Below, in pieces: positions 38,421 through 46,629 of a DNA stretch of 64,000 nt (positions are counted from its first letter, which is position 1; each line of letters starts with the position of its first letter). This DNA is from Minisyncoccia bacterium (lineage in GTDB: Bacteria; Patescibacteriota; Minisyncoccia; Phycocordibacterales; Phycocordibacteraceae), in NCBI GenBank assembly GCA_041485695.1, contig JBGPJZ010000001.1, forward strand, positions 129,316 through 193,315, written 5' to 3'. The notes under the pieces are model-generated. The model ran no database searches and had not been told where the DNA came from. It saw only the letters and a list, made by a program, of their open reading frames with translations. Position numbers and translations under genes: made by a program.

Positions 38421-38681
38421 CTAATCTTTCGGTTTGGGCGGTCTCCCCGGCCCGCGCCTCGCGACCATCTTCGCCTTCCTCGCCTTCGCCTTTTTGCGCC
38501 CTTTTCGACGGCGTCTTTTGGGCTGGCTACTCGGCGGGCCGAAAGTCTCGCGTGCCGCTAGATTCAAAAGAACCGATACATTCTTTCGCATGAATTGGAG
38601 GCCGATCCTGGTGGCCATTTCTTCGATGTCTTTCACCGTAGCGGCCAGATTTTGGGGTGCAGGTGCTTTCGATCTTGCCAT
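38421..38681 (-). CDS. Small highly basic protein with AT-hook-like GRP motif
   Basis: KRRRRKGRKKAKARK...RRGPGRPPKPK, GAGG SD, TTGACA/TATAAA promoter, downstream hairpin. Confidence 0.65.
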   Translation of the reverse strand: MARSKAPAPQNLAATVKDIEEMATRIGLQFMRKNVSVLLNLAARETFGPPSSQPKRRRRKGRKKAKARKAKMVARRGPGRPPKPKD

Positions 38682-38870
38682 TCATTCCTCACTTTCGGTT
38701 GTTCGGGAAGGGCTCTCAAAGAGCGCCATCGATATTTATACTCTCTATATTCAGAATGTCAAACAGCGTGACCCCGACTCGATTTCTATCCCCATATTTT
38801 GACAGGAAGCCTTGCGCGATTCGCGAGAGGCCGTATAGTTGCCCCCATTGTCTATAAAATATCTTGAGAG

Positions 38871-39263
38871 ATGAACGACGATACGAAATTACGAGAAGAG
38901 TACGAGGCGCGGGATGCATGGGGCCTCGTCTCCTCAATCGACTTGCATAATTGCAACCCCGAGACCATACGCGATGCTGAAAAGATAAAGCAGTTCGTGT
39001 ACGAACTATGCGAGAAAATCGGCATGAAGCGCTTCGGCGAGTGCGTCGTCGTCAACTTCGGCGAGGACGAGCGCGTGGCGGGCTACTCGATGACCCAACT
39101 TATCGAGACCTCGCTTATTTCTGCGCACTTCGCCAACGCGACGAATGTCACCTACCTCGACGTCTTCTCCTGCAAGTTCTATAGCCCTACGGTAGCGGCC
39201 GACTTCGCGAAGGAGTTCTTCGGCGCCTCCGACTACGCTCTCGCGGTAGCGCTCCGCAAATAG
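38871..39263 (+). CDS. speD: S-adenosylmethionine decarboxylase proenzyme family (SpeD/SpeH-like)
   Basis: DL..C, F...GYS..QLIETSLISAH, YLDVFSCK. Confidence 0.8.
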   Translation: MNDDTKLREEYEARDAWGLVSSIDLHNCNPETIRDAEKIKQFVYELCEKIGMKRFGECVVVNFGEDERVAGYSMTQLIETSLISAHFANATNVTYLDVFSCKFYSPTVAADFAKEFFGASDYALAVALRK

Positions 39264-39304
39264 AGAAGGGCGGGACGCGTGTGTTACGCATCCCGCCCGT
39301 TAGA

Positions 39305-39583
39305 TTAGAATTGAAGCTCGAATTGGCGTTTCTTTCTCACTTCTTTGTCCTTGCGTGCCTTTCGTTTTGCTCGTGTCGCGACACTTTTGTCTGACCATGC
39401 TTTACGAGTGTAGCTTACGAGCTCGTCAGGCAGAGTAATCAAGTTGGTTGAGGCAAGAAATTCTGTTGCGAGGCCGAGTAGCTCCTTGTTCGTATACCGA
39501 GGAGGGTCTCGAGAGTAACGCCGATTATTTTTCAACCAGCGCGTGAAGAGATCGGCCTGGTCCTTTTCTGTAAGACTGGTCAA
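39305..39583 (-). CDS. Hypothetical protein, basic C-terminus
   Basis: 92-aa ORF abutting the upstream ORF. Confidence 0.5.
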   Translation of the reverse strand: MTSLTEKDQADLFTRWLKNNRRYSRDPPRYTNKELLGLATEFLASTNLITLPDELVSYTRKAWSDKSVATRAKRKARKDKEVRKKRQFELQF

Positions 39584-39859
39584 CTACGCCTCCGCCGGTT
39601 GCGGGTTGAGGATTTCGGTCGCGCGTTCGAGCGCCCTGTTGACGCCGGAGCCTCCGATGCGTCGCCGAATATACATCTCAGGGTCGCCTCCTCTGCTCAT
39701 CGGCGCCTCCCACGCTGAAACCCTGGTTTTGCCCTCTCGGGTCTTTGCGTAGGTGATGGCGCAACCGTGGCCCACGTCAAGTACGACACTGTTACGGGAC
39801 TGTTCAAGAACTGGAAACATCTGCTTTGCTCCCTCTGCTGGATTCCGTTCTAAACTCAT
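39584..39859 (-). CDS. Hypothetical protein
   Basis: 91-aa ORF downstream of yqeY. Confidence 0.5.
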   Translation of the reverse strand: MSLERNPAEGAKQMFPVLEQSRNSVVLDVGHGCAITYAKTREGKTRVSAWEAPMSRGGDPEMYIRRRIGGSGVNRALERATEILNPQPAEA

Positions 39860-39873
39860 AATACCACAAAAGG

Positions 39874-40329
39874 TTAGACAAGCAAGCTATCCACAACGGC
39901 CTTCACGTCGCCCCCGTCGGCCTTGCCCTTGAGCTCCTTCATTAGGGTGCCGGTAAACTTTCCCGCATCGGCTTTGCTTGAGACACCCATCTCGGCCATC
40001 TTGGCTTTCGCAATCGCCATAATCTCATCGCGGCTCATCATTGAGGGCATCAAGGCCTCGATAATCGCGAGCTCAAGCTTCTCGGGCTCTACCAAATCAT
40101 TCCTGCTCGCTTTCTCAAATTGCTCGATAGAATCCTTGCGCTGGTTCGCCGCACGCTTTAAAACCGCCCCCGCCTCTTCATCAGTCAAAAATTCATCCGG
40201 TTTGCGCTTCTTCGCCACCACTTCGTTCGTCATTGCGGTCACCAGTGAGCGTAGGGTGCGTAATTTCACCTCGTCATGCGCCCGGAGCGCGTCCGGTATC
40301 GCGGCTTTTAAAGATTCGTGTATAGACAT
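39874..40329 (-). CDS. GatB/YqeY domain protein
   Basis: QRKDSIEQF....R.DL...E..EL, GKADG..VK. Confidence 0.9.
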   Translation of the reverse strand: MSIHESLKAAIPDALRAHDEVKLRTLRSLVTAMTNEVVAKKRKPDEFLTDEEAGAVLKRAANQRKDSIEQFEKASRNDLVEPEKLELAIIEALMPSMMSRDEIMAIAKAKMAEMGVSSKADAGKFTGTLMKELKGKADGGDVKAVVDSLLV

Positions 40330-40385
40330 TTCTTGAGCTTACCATACCCCTTGCATATGGGACGGATGAGGAGTATATTTCCATC

Positions 40386-40556
40386 AGAACTTGCATCTCA
40401 GGTAGTCCCGGGATTTTTTACGAGACACTAGCTGTTAAAGTCCGCACCCCGTAAGAGGTGACAATGGACGACGACACGACCTCTGTGAAATACTCTCGGG
40501 CTAACTCTTCTCCACATCCCGATGTGAGGGTTTTTGAGTTACCGGAGACAAGTTCT
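40386..40556 (+). ncRNA. Candidate structured ncRNA of about 170 nt (6S-like size)
   Basis: TTGCAT-17-TATATT promoter (40351-40379). 5' AGAACTTG..TCTC.GGTAG pairs with 3' TTACC.GAGACAAGTTCT, with internal stems. Confidence 0.55.
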
Positions 40557-40573
40557 AATAACTTTATACGGTT

Positions 40574-41638
40574 ATGACTATAACCATTTTGGGCGTGTCA
40601 ATAATAGTTCTTCTTATTCTTAATGGGATAGGACTATGGTTCCTTTTCGGCCGACAGAAGGAAGGGTCTGGTGGTGAGAATGGCCAGCTTCTTCTCTTGC
40701 AACAGCAGATGCAGGAGCTCACGCGTACCCTTGACGCACGCGTGTCTGAGTCGACGCGCACAATGCAGGAGAGTGCACATCGCCAAGCAGCTGAGTCTAA
40801 TCGGATCGTGAAAGATGTAACCGAACGTCTTACCAAGCTTGATGAAACCAATCGTCAGGTGGTCTCGTTCGCGGACCAATTGCAGCATCTTCAGGATGTT
40901 CTACAGAACCCTAAACAGCGCGGTATCTTGGGTGAGTATTTCCTCGAGACTGTGCTTCAGAACGTATTGCCGCCAGGTTCTTATCAAATGCAGTACCCGT
41001 TCAAGAATGGGGAAATCGTTGTAGATGCAGTCGTGTTTGTGAAAGATCGAGTCATCCCCATCGATTCGAAATTTTCTCTTGAAAACTATAATCGAGCTGT
41101 TGAAGCACGCGAGCCTGCCGAACGTGAACGATACGAAAAGGCGTTCAAACAAGACCTTAAGAATCGTATCGATGAAACGGCGAAATACGTCTTGCCGGAA
41201 GAAAACACAATGGAATTTGCATTCATGTTCATTCCGTCGGAAGGTATTTACTACGATCTCCTTATCAACCAGGTTGGCGCTATGAAAACCAACACTCGCG
41301 ACCTTATTGAGTATGCCTTCAGTAAGAAGGTGATTATCGTCTCGCCGACCTCATTTCTTGCTTACCTCCAAACGGTGATGCAGGGACTCAAAGCACTTCA
41401 GATAGAGGAGCAAGCACAAGAGATTAGAAAACAGGTTGGTGATTTGTCCCGCCATATAGCGAGCACCAACGAGTATTATCGAAAGATGGGAATAGCATTA
41501 GGTACCGTCACCTCTCACTACAATGCTGGCTATAAAGAGCTTGCCAAGATAGATAAGGACGTTTATCGCATTGCTGATGTTAAAGTCGGCGTTGAGCCAA
41601 ATCTTCTGGATAAGCCATCTGCAGGGGAGTTGGAATAA
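40574..41638 (+). CDS. rmuC: DNA recombination protein RmuC
   Basis: N-terminal TM, coiled coil, RG.LGE..LE, IDSKF, FMFIPSE, SPTSF. Confidence 0.92.
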   Translation: MTITILGVSIIVLLILNGIGLWFLFGRQKEGSGGENGQLLLLQQQMQELTRTLDARVSESTRTMQESAHRQAAESNRIVKDVTERLTKLDETNRQVVSFADQLQHLQDVLQNPKQRGILGEYFLETVLQNVLPPGSYQMQYPFKNGEIVVDAVVFVKDRVIPIDSKFSLENYNRAVEAREPAERERYEKAFKQDLKNRIDETAKYVLPEENTMEFAFMFIPSEGIYYDLLINQVGAMKTNTRDLIEYAFSKKVIIVSPTSFLAYLQTVMQGLKALQIEEQAQEIRKQVGDLSRHIASTNEYYRKMGIALGTVTSHYNAGYKELAKIDKDVYRIADVKVGVEPNLLDKPSAGELE

Positions 41639-41745
41639 TAGATTCCATAAAACCAAACAAGGCTGTGGAGAAACCCCGCGGCCTTGTTTTTGACCATTGA
41701 AAAATTTCTGGTAGAGTGCAGGCAGAGATCTTGTGAGGTAAGCAG

Positions 41746-42309
41746 ATGGCAGAAGAAACACCGACTGAAGTCGAGCGCGAGGCGCTCGAGGCACTCTACG
41801 ATGCCGCCCGAAAGGAGCTCGCCCTTGGGCATAGCATCGACCCCTTAGACCCGCTTGATAAGCGCAAGACCCTCAATCACTTCTATCACCTCGTCTGCAA
41901 GAAGAAGCTCCCAGTAGACCGAGTGATTGCAGAGCTACAAAGGGTTCAGGCCGAACACAAGCACGAGGGCCACTATGTTATGACCTACAAGGTCGAGAAG
42001 GCCTCCGTGAATGTCTTCGTCGGCCTCGGTATTGTGGTGACGGTCTTCGTGCTCTATCTCGCCGTCGCAACCCACCACGTGAAGCCGCCCCTCGGCCCAC
42101 GTGACTGGTTGCCGGGCGAGCGCCAAGCGTGTATTCGTTATAGGGGCCAGGATGCCTATGCGTATCTCCCATCGAGCCCCCTGTCTCAAATACAAAACGA
42201 ACTTCGGGACAAATTCTTTCAACTTGATCGGGGGAACGAGGACCCCCAATTCACCCCCCTGATCATTAAGGACAGCGACCGAGAATGGTCGAAATGCCCG
42301 AAGGCCTAA
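41746..42309 (+). CDS. Hypothetical single-pass membrane protein
   Basis: GAGG SD, TM segment VFVGLGIVVTVFVLYLAV, terminator at 42312-42338. Confidence 0.6.
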   Translation: MAEETPTEVEREALEALYDAARKELALGHSIDPLDPLDKRKTLNHFYHLVCKKKLPVDRVIAELQRVQAEHKHEGHYVMTYKVEKASVNVFVGLGIVVTVFVLYLAVATHHVKPPLGPRDWLPGERQACIRYRGQDAYAYLPSSPLSQIQNELRDKFFQLDRGNEDPQFTPLIIKDSDREWSKCPKA

Positions 42310-42376
42310 CTCCACCGTCCGACCTGCTCGGACGGTGGTTTGCTTTTTAGCCCGTAGATGCTAGAGTATAGACATT

Positions 42377-42715
42377 ATGGAAATGGCGGTTATCAAGACC
42401 GGAGGCAAGCAATACGTCGTCCAGAAGGGCGACTCTATTTTCATTGAAAAGCTATCCAATATTTCGCCTGCTGGCAAAGTAGATCTCAAAGCGGGAGACA
42501 AGGTAGTTTTCACCGAGGTACTGTTGGTCGACAACGGCTCGGATACGACGATCGGCGCCCCCACTATCAAAGGCGCCGAGGTGAAGGGGACGGTAGAAGA
42601 ACTCGGCAAAGCTAAGAAGATTGATGTAGTGAAGTACAAGGCCAAGAGCCGTTACTACAAGCGCCGCGGACATCGCCAGCCATTCCTTAAAGTCAAAATC
42701 GATAGTATTTCATAA
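42377..42715 (+). CDS. rplU: 50S ribosomal protein L21
   Basis: AVIKTGGKQY, GHRQPF. Confidence 0.96.
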   Translation: MEMAVIKTGGKQYVVQKGDSIFIEKLSNISPAGKVDLKAGDKVVFTEVLLVDNGSDTTIGAPTIKGAEVKGTVEELGKAKKIDVVKYKAKSRYYKRRGHRQPFLKVKIDSIS

Positions 42716-44040
42716 TGCAAATCGGGCGTTGGAATCATCAATCAGGCGGGGGCTCTTCAAGCGGGCACCCACGGAACGGGGGTAAGCCTTCGCAGTTTTC
42801 GCGTGGCAGAGGACATGCTCACCCGGGGCCCACGCGCTTCGGTGGCGCTGGCGGGTATCGTGGTGGCTATCGCGGTGGTGGTGGAAGTCGTGGGGGAGGG
42901 AATCGTGGCGGATTCGGTGGCTCTTTTGGCAAGACCGAGGCGGACCTTACCAAGCTCATCAATAAGGCGGAGATAACCGAAAAGGTGGAGCATTTCGTAC
43001 CCGAGCACCAGTTCATCGATTTTCAGATCGATGAACGGCTTAAGAAGAATATCGTCGCGAAGGGCTACAGCCTACCGACGCCGATTCAAGACCGCGCGAT
43101 TCCGCATATTCTCCGAGGTGAAGATGTCGTTGGCCTTGCAGAGACGGGCACCGGTAAGACGGCAGCCTTCCTCGTTCCGCTTATCGACAAGATTCTTAAC
43201 AATCTTGATGAGCGAGTACTCGTGATGGCGCCGACCCGCGAGCTCGCGGTGCAAATCGAGCGCGAGCTCGCGGGCTTTGCGAAGGGCCTCGGCTTTCGCG
43301 GCATGGTCGCGGTTGGCGGTGCCTCTATCAGCCCGCAGATCGTACAGCTGCGCCACAACCCTTCGTTTGTCATTGGCACGCCGGGCCGACTCAAAGACCT
43401 TATGGAGCGACGCGCGCTTGACCTCTCTGGCTTCGGCACCGTCGTCCTTGATGAAGCCGACCGCATGCTCGATATGGGCTTTATCGATGATATGCGGTTT
43501 ATCTTGAGCAAGATGCGCGCTGAGCGCCACACGCTCTTTTTCTCAGCCACCCTCTCGAGGGATATCGAGAAGCTTATCGGCGACTTTTTAAAGAGCCCTG
43601 CACGCATTTCAGTGAAGACTCGTGACACGCCGAAGAATGTTGACCAGGATGTCGTCCGCATCCCGCGCGGCAAAGACAAATTCGACGTACTCGTTGAACT
43701 GCTCAAGACTCCTGACTTTACCCGCGTGCTCATCTTCGGGCGCACCAAGCACGGGGTGGAGAAGCTCGCGAAGTTGCTCTCGCGCTCGCATATCCACGCG
43801 GAGTCTATCCACGGCAATAAAAGCCACAATGCCCGCCAACGCGCGCTCCAAGACTTTAAAGCAGGAAAGGTGCAGGCTCTTGTCGCAACCGACGTCGCGG
43901 CGCGCGGCCTTGATATCCCGGCTGTCTCGCACGTCATCAACTACGACCTTCCCTCGACCTACGAAGACTATATTCACCGCATCGGCCGCACCGGCAGGGC
44001 GGACATGAAAGGGAAGGCGCTTACCTTCGTACAGGCTTAA
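42715..44040 (+). CDS. DEAD-box RNA helicase with RGG-rich N-terminus
   Basis: TPIQ, TGTGKT, PTRELA, DEAD, SAT, ARGLD, HRIGRTGR. Confidence 0.95.
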   Translation: MQIGRWNHQSGGGSSSGHPRNGGKPSQFSRGRGHAHPGPTRFGGAGGYRGGYRGGGGSRGGGNRGGFGGSFGKTEADLTKLINKAEITEKVEHFVPEHQFIDFQIDERLKKNIVAKGYSLPTPIQDRAIPHILRGEDVVGLAETGTGKTAAFLVPLIDKILNNLDERVLVMAPTRELAVQIERELAGFAKGLGFRGMVAVGGASISPQIVQLRHNPSFVIGTPGRLKDLMERRALDLSGFGTVVLDEADRMLDMGFIDDMRFILSKMRAERHTLFFSATLSRDIEKLIGDFLKSPARISVKTRDTPKNVDQDVVRIPRGKDKFDVLVELLKTPDFTRVLIFGRTKHGVEKLAKLLSRSHIHAESIHGNKSHNARQRALQDFKAGKVQALVATDVAARGLDIPAVSHVINYDLPSTYEDYIHRIGRTGRADMKGKALTFVQA

Positions 44041-44150
44041 CTAGGCCATATTTTGCCCTATTGACAATATCAGCGCTTGGGAGTATAATTTTAAGCAGGT
44101 AGAACATACCGCTGCTTTAGGTTGGTTCATCTCACAGATAGGAGGCTCGC

Positions 44151-44483
44151 ATGACGTTCAATCTTCTTGCAGCAATCTGGTGTTTCGGGAGCATGTTTTT
44201 TTCTCTCGTTGCCGGAATCGTCTTCGCATGGCGTCCTCGTCGCCCAAGCCGCGACCGTCGCCAACGCCAGCTTGGATTATTGATAGGACTCGTCCCGCTC
44301 GTGCTCGGCTTCAGCTTCGCTCTGGCGTTACGTCTCGTCATGGGATTCGACTGGCTGCTTGACTTCGCCATCGGCTCAATGCCTCTCATACTTGCCCTGC
44401 CGGCTGCTATGATTACCGACTGGTGCTTTGGGGGCCACTTGTTCAGCGAAAAGCCGACTCTCGGAGTAACCGGCAAACACTAA
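44151..44483 (+). CDS. Hypothetical 3-TM membrane protein
   Basis: Consensus TTGACA-17-TATAAT promoter at 44061 and AGGAGG SD. Confidence 0.65.
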   Translation: MTFNLLAAIWCFGSMFFSLVAGIVFAWRPRRPSRDRRQRQLGLLIGLVPLVLGFSFALALRLVMGFDWLLDFAIGSMPLILALPAAMITDWCFGGHLFSEKPTLGVTGKH

Positions 44484-44501
44484 GGGCTTGGGGAGGGACA
44501 T

Positions 44502-44600
44502 ATGTTCAGTATGATTCATGCATACTTGACACCGGTCGTCGAAGCAGTGCTTGCGATTGGGTGCCTTGGTGCCTTGGTATTCGTAAGGCGCTTTCGATAA
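44502..44600 (+). CDS. 32-aa hydrophobic peptide MFSMIHAYLTPVVEAVLAIGCLGALVFVRRFR
   Basis: GGGAGG SD, one TM with basic C-terminus, followed by terminator 44622-44652. Confidence 0.5.
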   Translation: MFSMIHAYLTPVVEAVLAIGCLGALVFVRRFR

Positions 44601-44652
44601 TTCGCACCCACGACACAACAAGGACCGCTTCAGGAAACTGAAGCGGTCCTTT

Positions 44653-45255
44653 TCACGTCTCCTTGCGGTTCGTGAGCGCGGCGCGCAAGGTCTCGGCGTC
44701 GGAGTACTCAAGCTCGCTGCCGGTAGCAAGGCCGCGGCCAAGCGCGGAGACCCGTACCTTTTCACGATAAGGCCGAATGAGTTCGCGCACACGGTCTGCT
44801 GTATGCTCGCCCTCGGAGGTCGCCGAGCAGGCCAGCACGATCTCTTTGAGCCCGTTCTTGAATCGTTTTTCAACGACACGTATCAAATCTTTCTCGCGTA
44901 TCGCCCCCTTGCCTGAAAGGGTCAGGACGCCTCCCAAAACGAAGTAGCGGCCTTTATACGTACCCGCACGCTCGATTGCCGCCAAGTCCTGGTCTTTTTC
45001 AACGATCATGAGGAGTCCGTCGTCTCGCGAGGTGTCGGCGCACTGTTTACATACGGGGCCGCTGCCGTTCGCATAGCGCATGCACTCCGGGCATTGGCGC
45101 ACGTCTTTACCGAGCGCGGTTAAGAGCTCGGCAAGCGCCATGCGCTCGGAGGCTGGAGCCGATAACAGGTAATACACGAAGCGCTTTCCCTGACGCGGCC
45201 CTATCCCGGGTAGCCGAGCGAATGCTTGCGAGAGATCTTCGATGCGGTCAGCCAT
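44653..45255 (-). CDS. recR: Recombination protein RecR
   Basis: LPGIG, C4 zinc finger, Toprim, EGE.TA, ELEY.D. Confidence 0.95.
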   Translation of the reverse strand: MADRIEDLSQAFARLPGIGPRQGKRFVYYLLSAPASERMALAELLTALGKDVRQCPECMRYANGSGPVCKQCADTSRDDGLLMIVEKDQDLAAIERAGTYKGRYFVLGGVLTLSGKGAIREKDLIRVVEKRFKNGLKEIVLACSATSEGEHTADRVRELIRPYREKVRVSALGRGLATGSELEYSDAETLRAALTNRKET

Positions 45256-45258
45256 GTC

Positions 45259-46614
45259 TTAAAACGCTCGCTCGAAGTCGCCGTACCCGGCTTTATCGAC
45301 CGGCATGAAGGTCGCCCGCTTCTCATCAAAATAAAGCTCAACATGGCCGGTGGGACCGTTGCGATGCTTCTCGATGAGAATCTCGGCAATGTTCGGCTTA
45401 GCACTCTCAGGGTTGCGCTTGTCATCGCGGTGGATGAACATGACCACGTCCGCATCTTGCTCGATAGAGCCCGAATCACGGAGGTCGGAGAGGCGAGGCT
45501 TGCCGCCGCGCTGCTCGACGGCGCGCGAGAGCTGCGAGAGTGCTAACACGGGGACCTCGAGTTCGCGAGCTAGTGATTTAAGCGACCGCGAGATCTCGGT
45601 TACTTGCTGCACGAGGGAGTCAGAGGCCTTGGTCGAGGTGGGTGCCATGAGCTGGAGGTAGTCGACCACGATGAGCCCTATGCCCTTTTCGCGCTTCAAA
45701 CGCCGCGCCACGGCCCTCATCGAGAGGATGTTGTTGCCTGGCTTGTCGTCGATGTAGATGGGCGCCTTGGAAAGGGTCTCCAAGGCATCCCGAATCTTCG
45801 CGAAGTCCTCTTCAGCACGGATAGCTCCGGTACGGATATTCCAGGCATTTACGTATGACTCCGCGGCAAGCATGCGGTCGACGAGCTGCTCCGAGCTCAT
45901 TTCAAGGGAAAAGATGCCGACTGGCACGTTGTAGCGCACGGCTGCGTTCCGTGCGATATCAAGCGCAAGAGAGGTCTTACCCATCGAAGGCCGTGCGGCG
46001 AGTATGACGAGGTCAGACTTATGGAGGCCGGAGAGCAGGGTATCGAGATCATGAAAACCGGTCGGTACTCCGCGAATGCCGCCCTCTTTTTTTGAAAGCG
46101 TCTCGAGGCGGTCCCACGCGTCATGAAGCTTGTCGGCGATAGCGACAAATTTATGCGCCGCAATCGCATTCCCGATGGCATAGATTTTCTTTTCGGCCTC
46201 GTCGAGGACCTCGTGCGTGTCGCGCGCCTCATCGTAGGCCGTTTCAGTGATTTCATACGAAGTGTCTATCAAAGAGCGCAAGATGTGTTTTTTCGAGACG
46301 AGATCCGCATATGAAGTGAAATTACCGGGGGAGGGGGCAGAGCCTGCAAGCTCTGCAAGGTAGCTCCGCCCGCCGGCGCGCTCCAACGTCCCTTGATTCT
46401 GCAGTCGTTCAGAGAGTGTCAGCTGGTCAATCGGTTCGCCGCGTGTCGAAAGCTCGCGCATCGCTTCATAAATGATGCGATGCTTCTCGGCATAGAACGA
46501 GTCCGGCTGGATGAGGTCGCCGACATCGTGGATAGCATCTGGCTTAAGGAGGAGCGCGCCGAGGAGCGCCCGTTCGGAATCAAGACTTTGAGGAGGAACT
46601 CGATCGGCAGCCAT
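45259..46614 (-). CDS. dnaB: Replicative DNA helicase (no intein)
   Basis: AARPSMGKT, SLEMS, VDYLQL, LSQLSR, SGSIEQDAD, KHRNG. Confidence 0.97.
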   Translation of the reverse strand: MAADRVPPQSLDSERALLGALLLKPDAIHDVGDLIQPDSFYAEKHRIIYEAMRELSTRGEPIDQLTLSERLQNQGTLERAGGRSYLAELAGSAPSPGNFTSYADLVSKKHILRSLIDTSYEITETAYDEARDTHEVLDEAEKKIYAIGNAIAAHKFVAIADKLHDAWDRLETLSKKEGGIRGVPTGFHDLDTLLSGLHKSDLVILAARPSMGKTSLALDIARNAAVRYNVPVGIFSLEMSSEQLVDRMLAAESYVNAWNIRTGAIRAEEDFAKIRDALETLSKAPIYIDDKPGNNILSMRAVARRLKREKGIGLIVVDYLQLMAPTSTKASDSLVQQVTEISRSLKSLARELEVPVLALSQLSRAVEQRGGKPRLSDLRDSGSIEQDADVVMFIHRDDKRNPESAKPNIAEILIEKHRNGPTGHVELYFDEKRATFMPVDKAGYGDFERAF

Positions 46615-46629
46615 GAGGCTGATTTTCCC

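Noticed and set aside
42835-42930. GGTGGC-type short repeats in the DEAD-box gene
   Set aside because: Explained by an ordinary RGG low-complexity protein tail.
45259-46614. Intein in dnaB
   Set aside because: Normal length (451 aa) with contiguous motifs.
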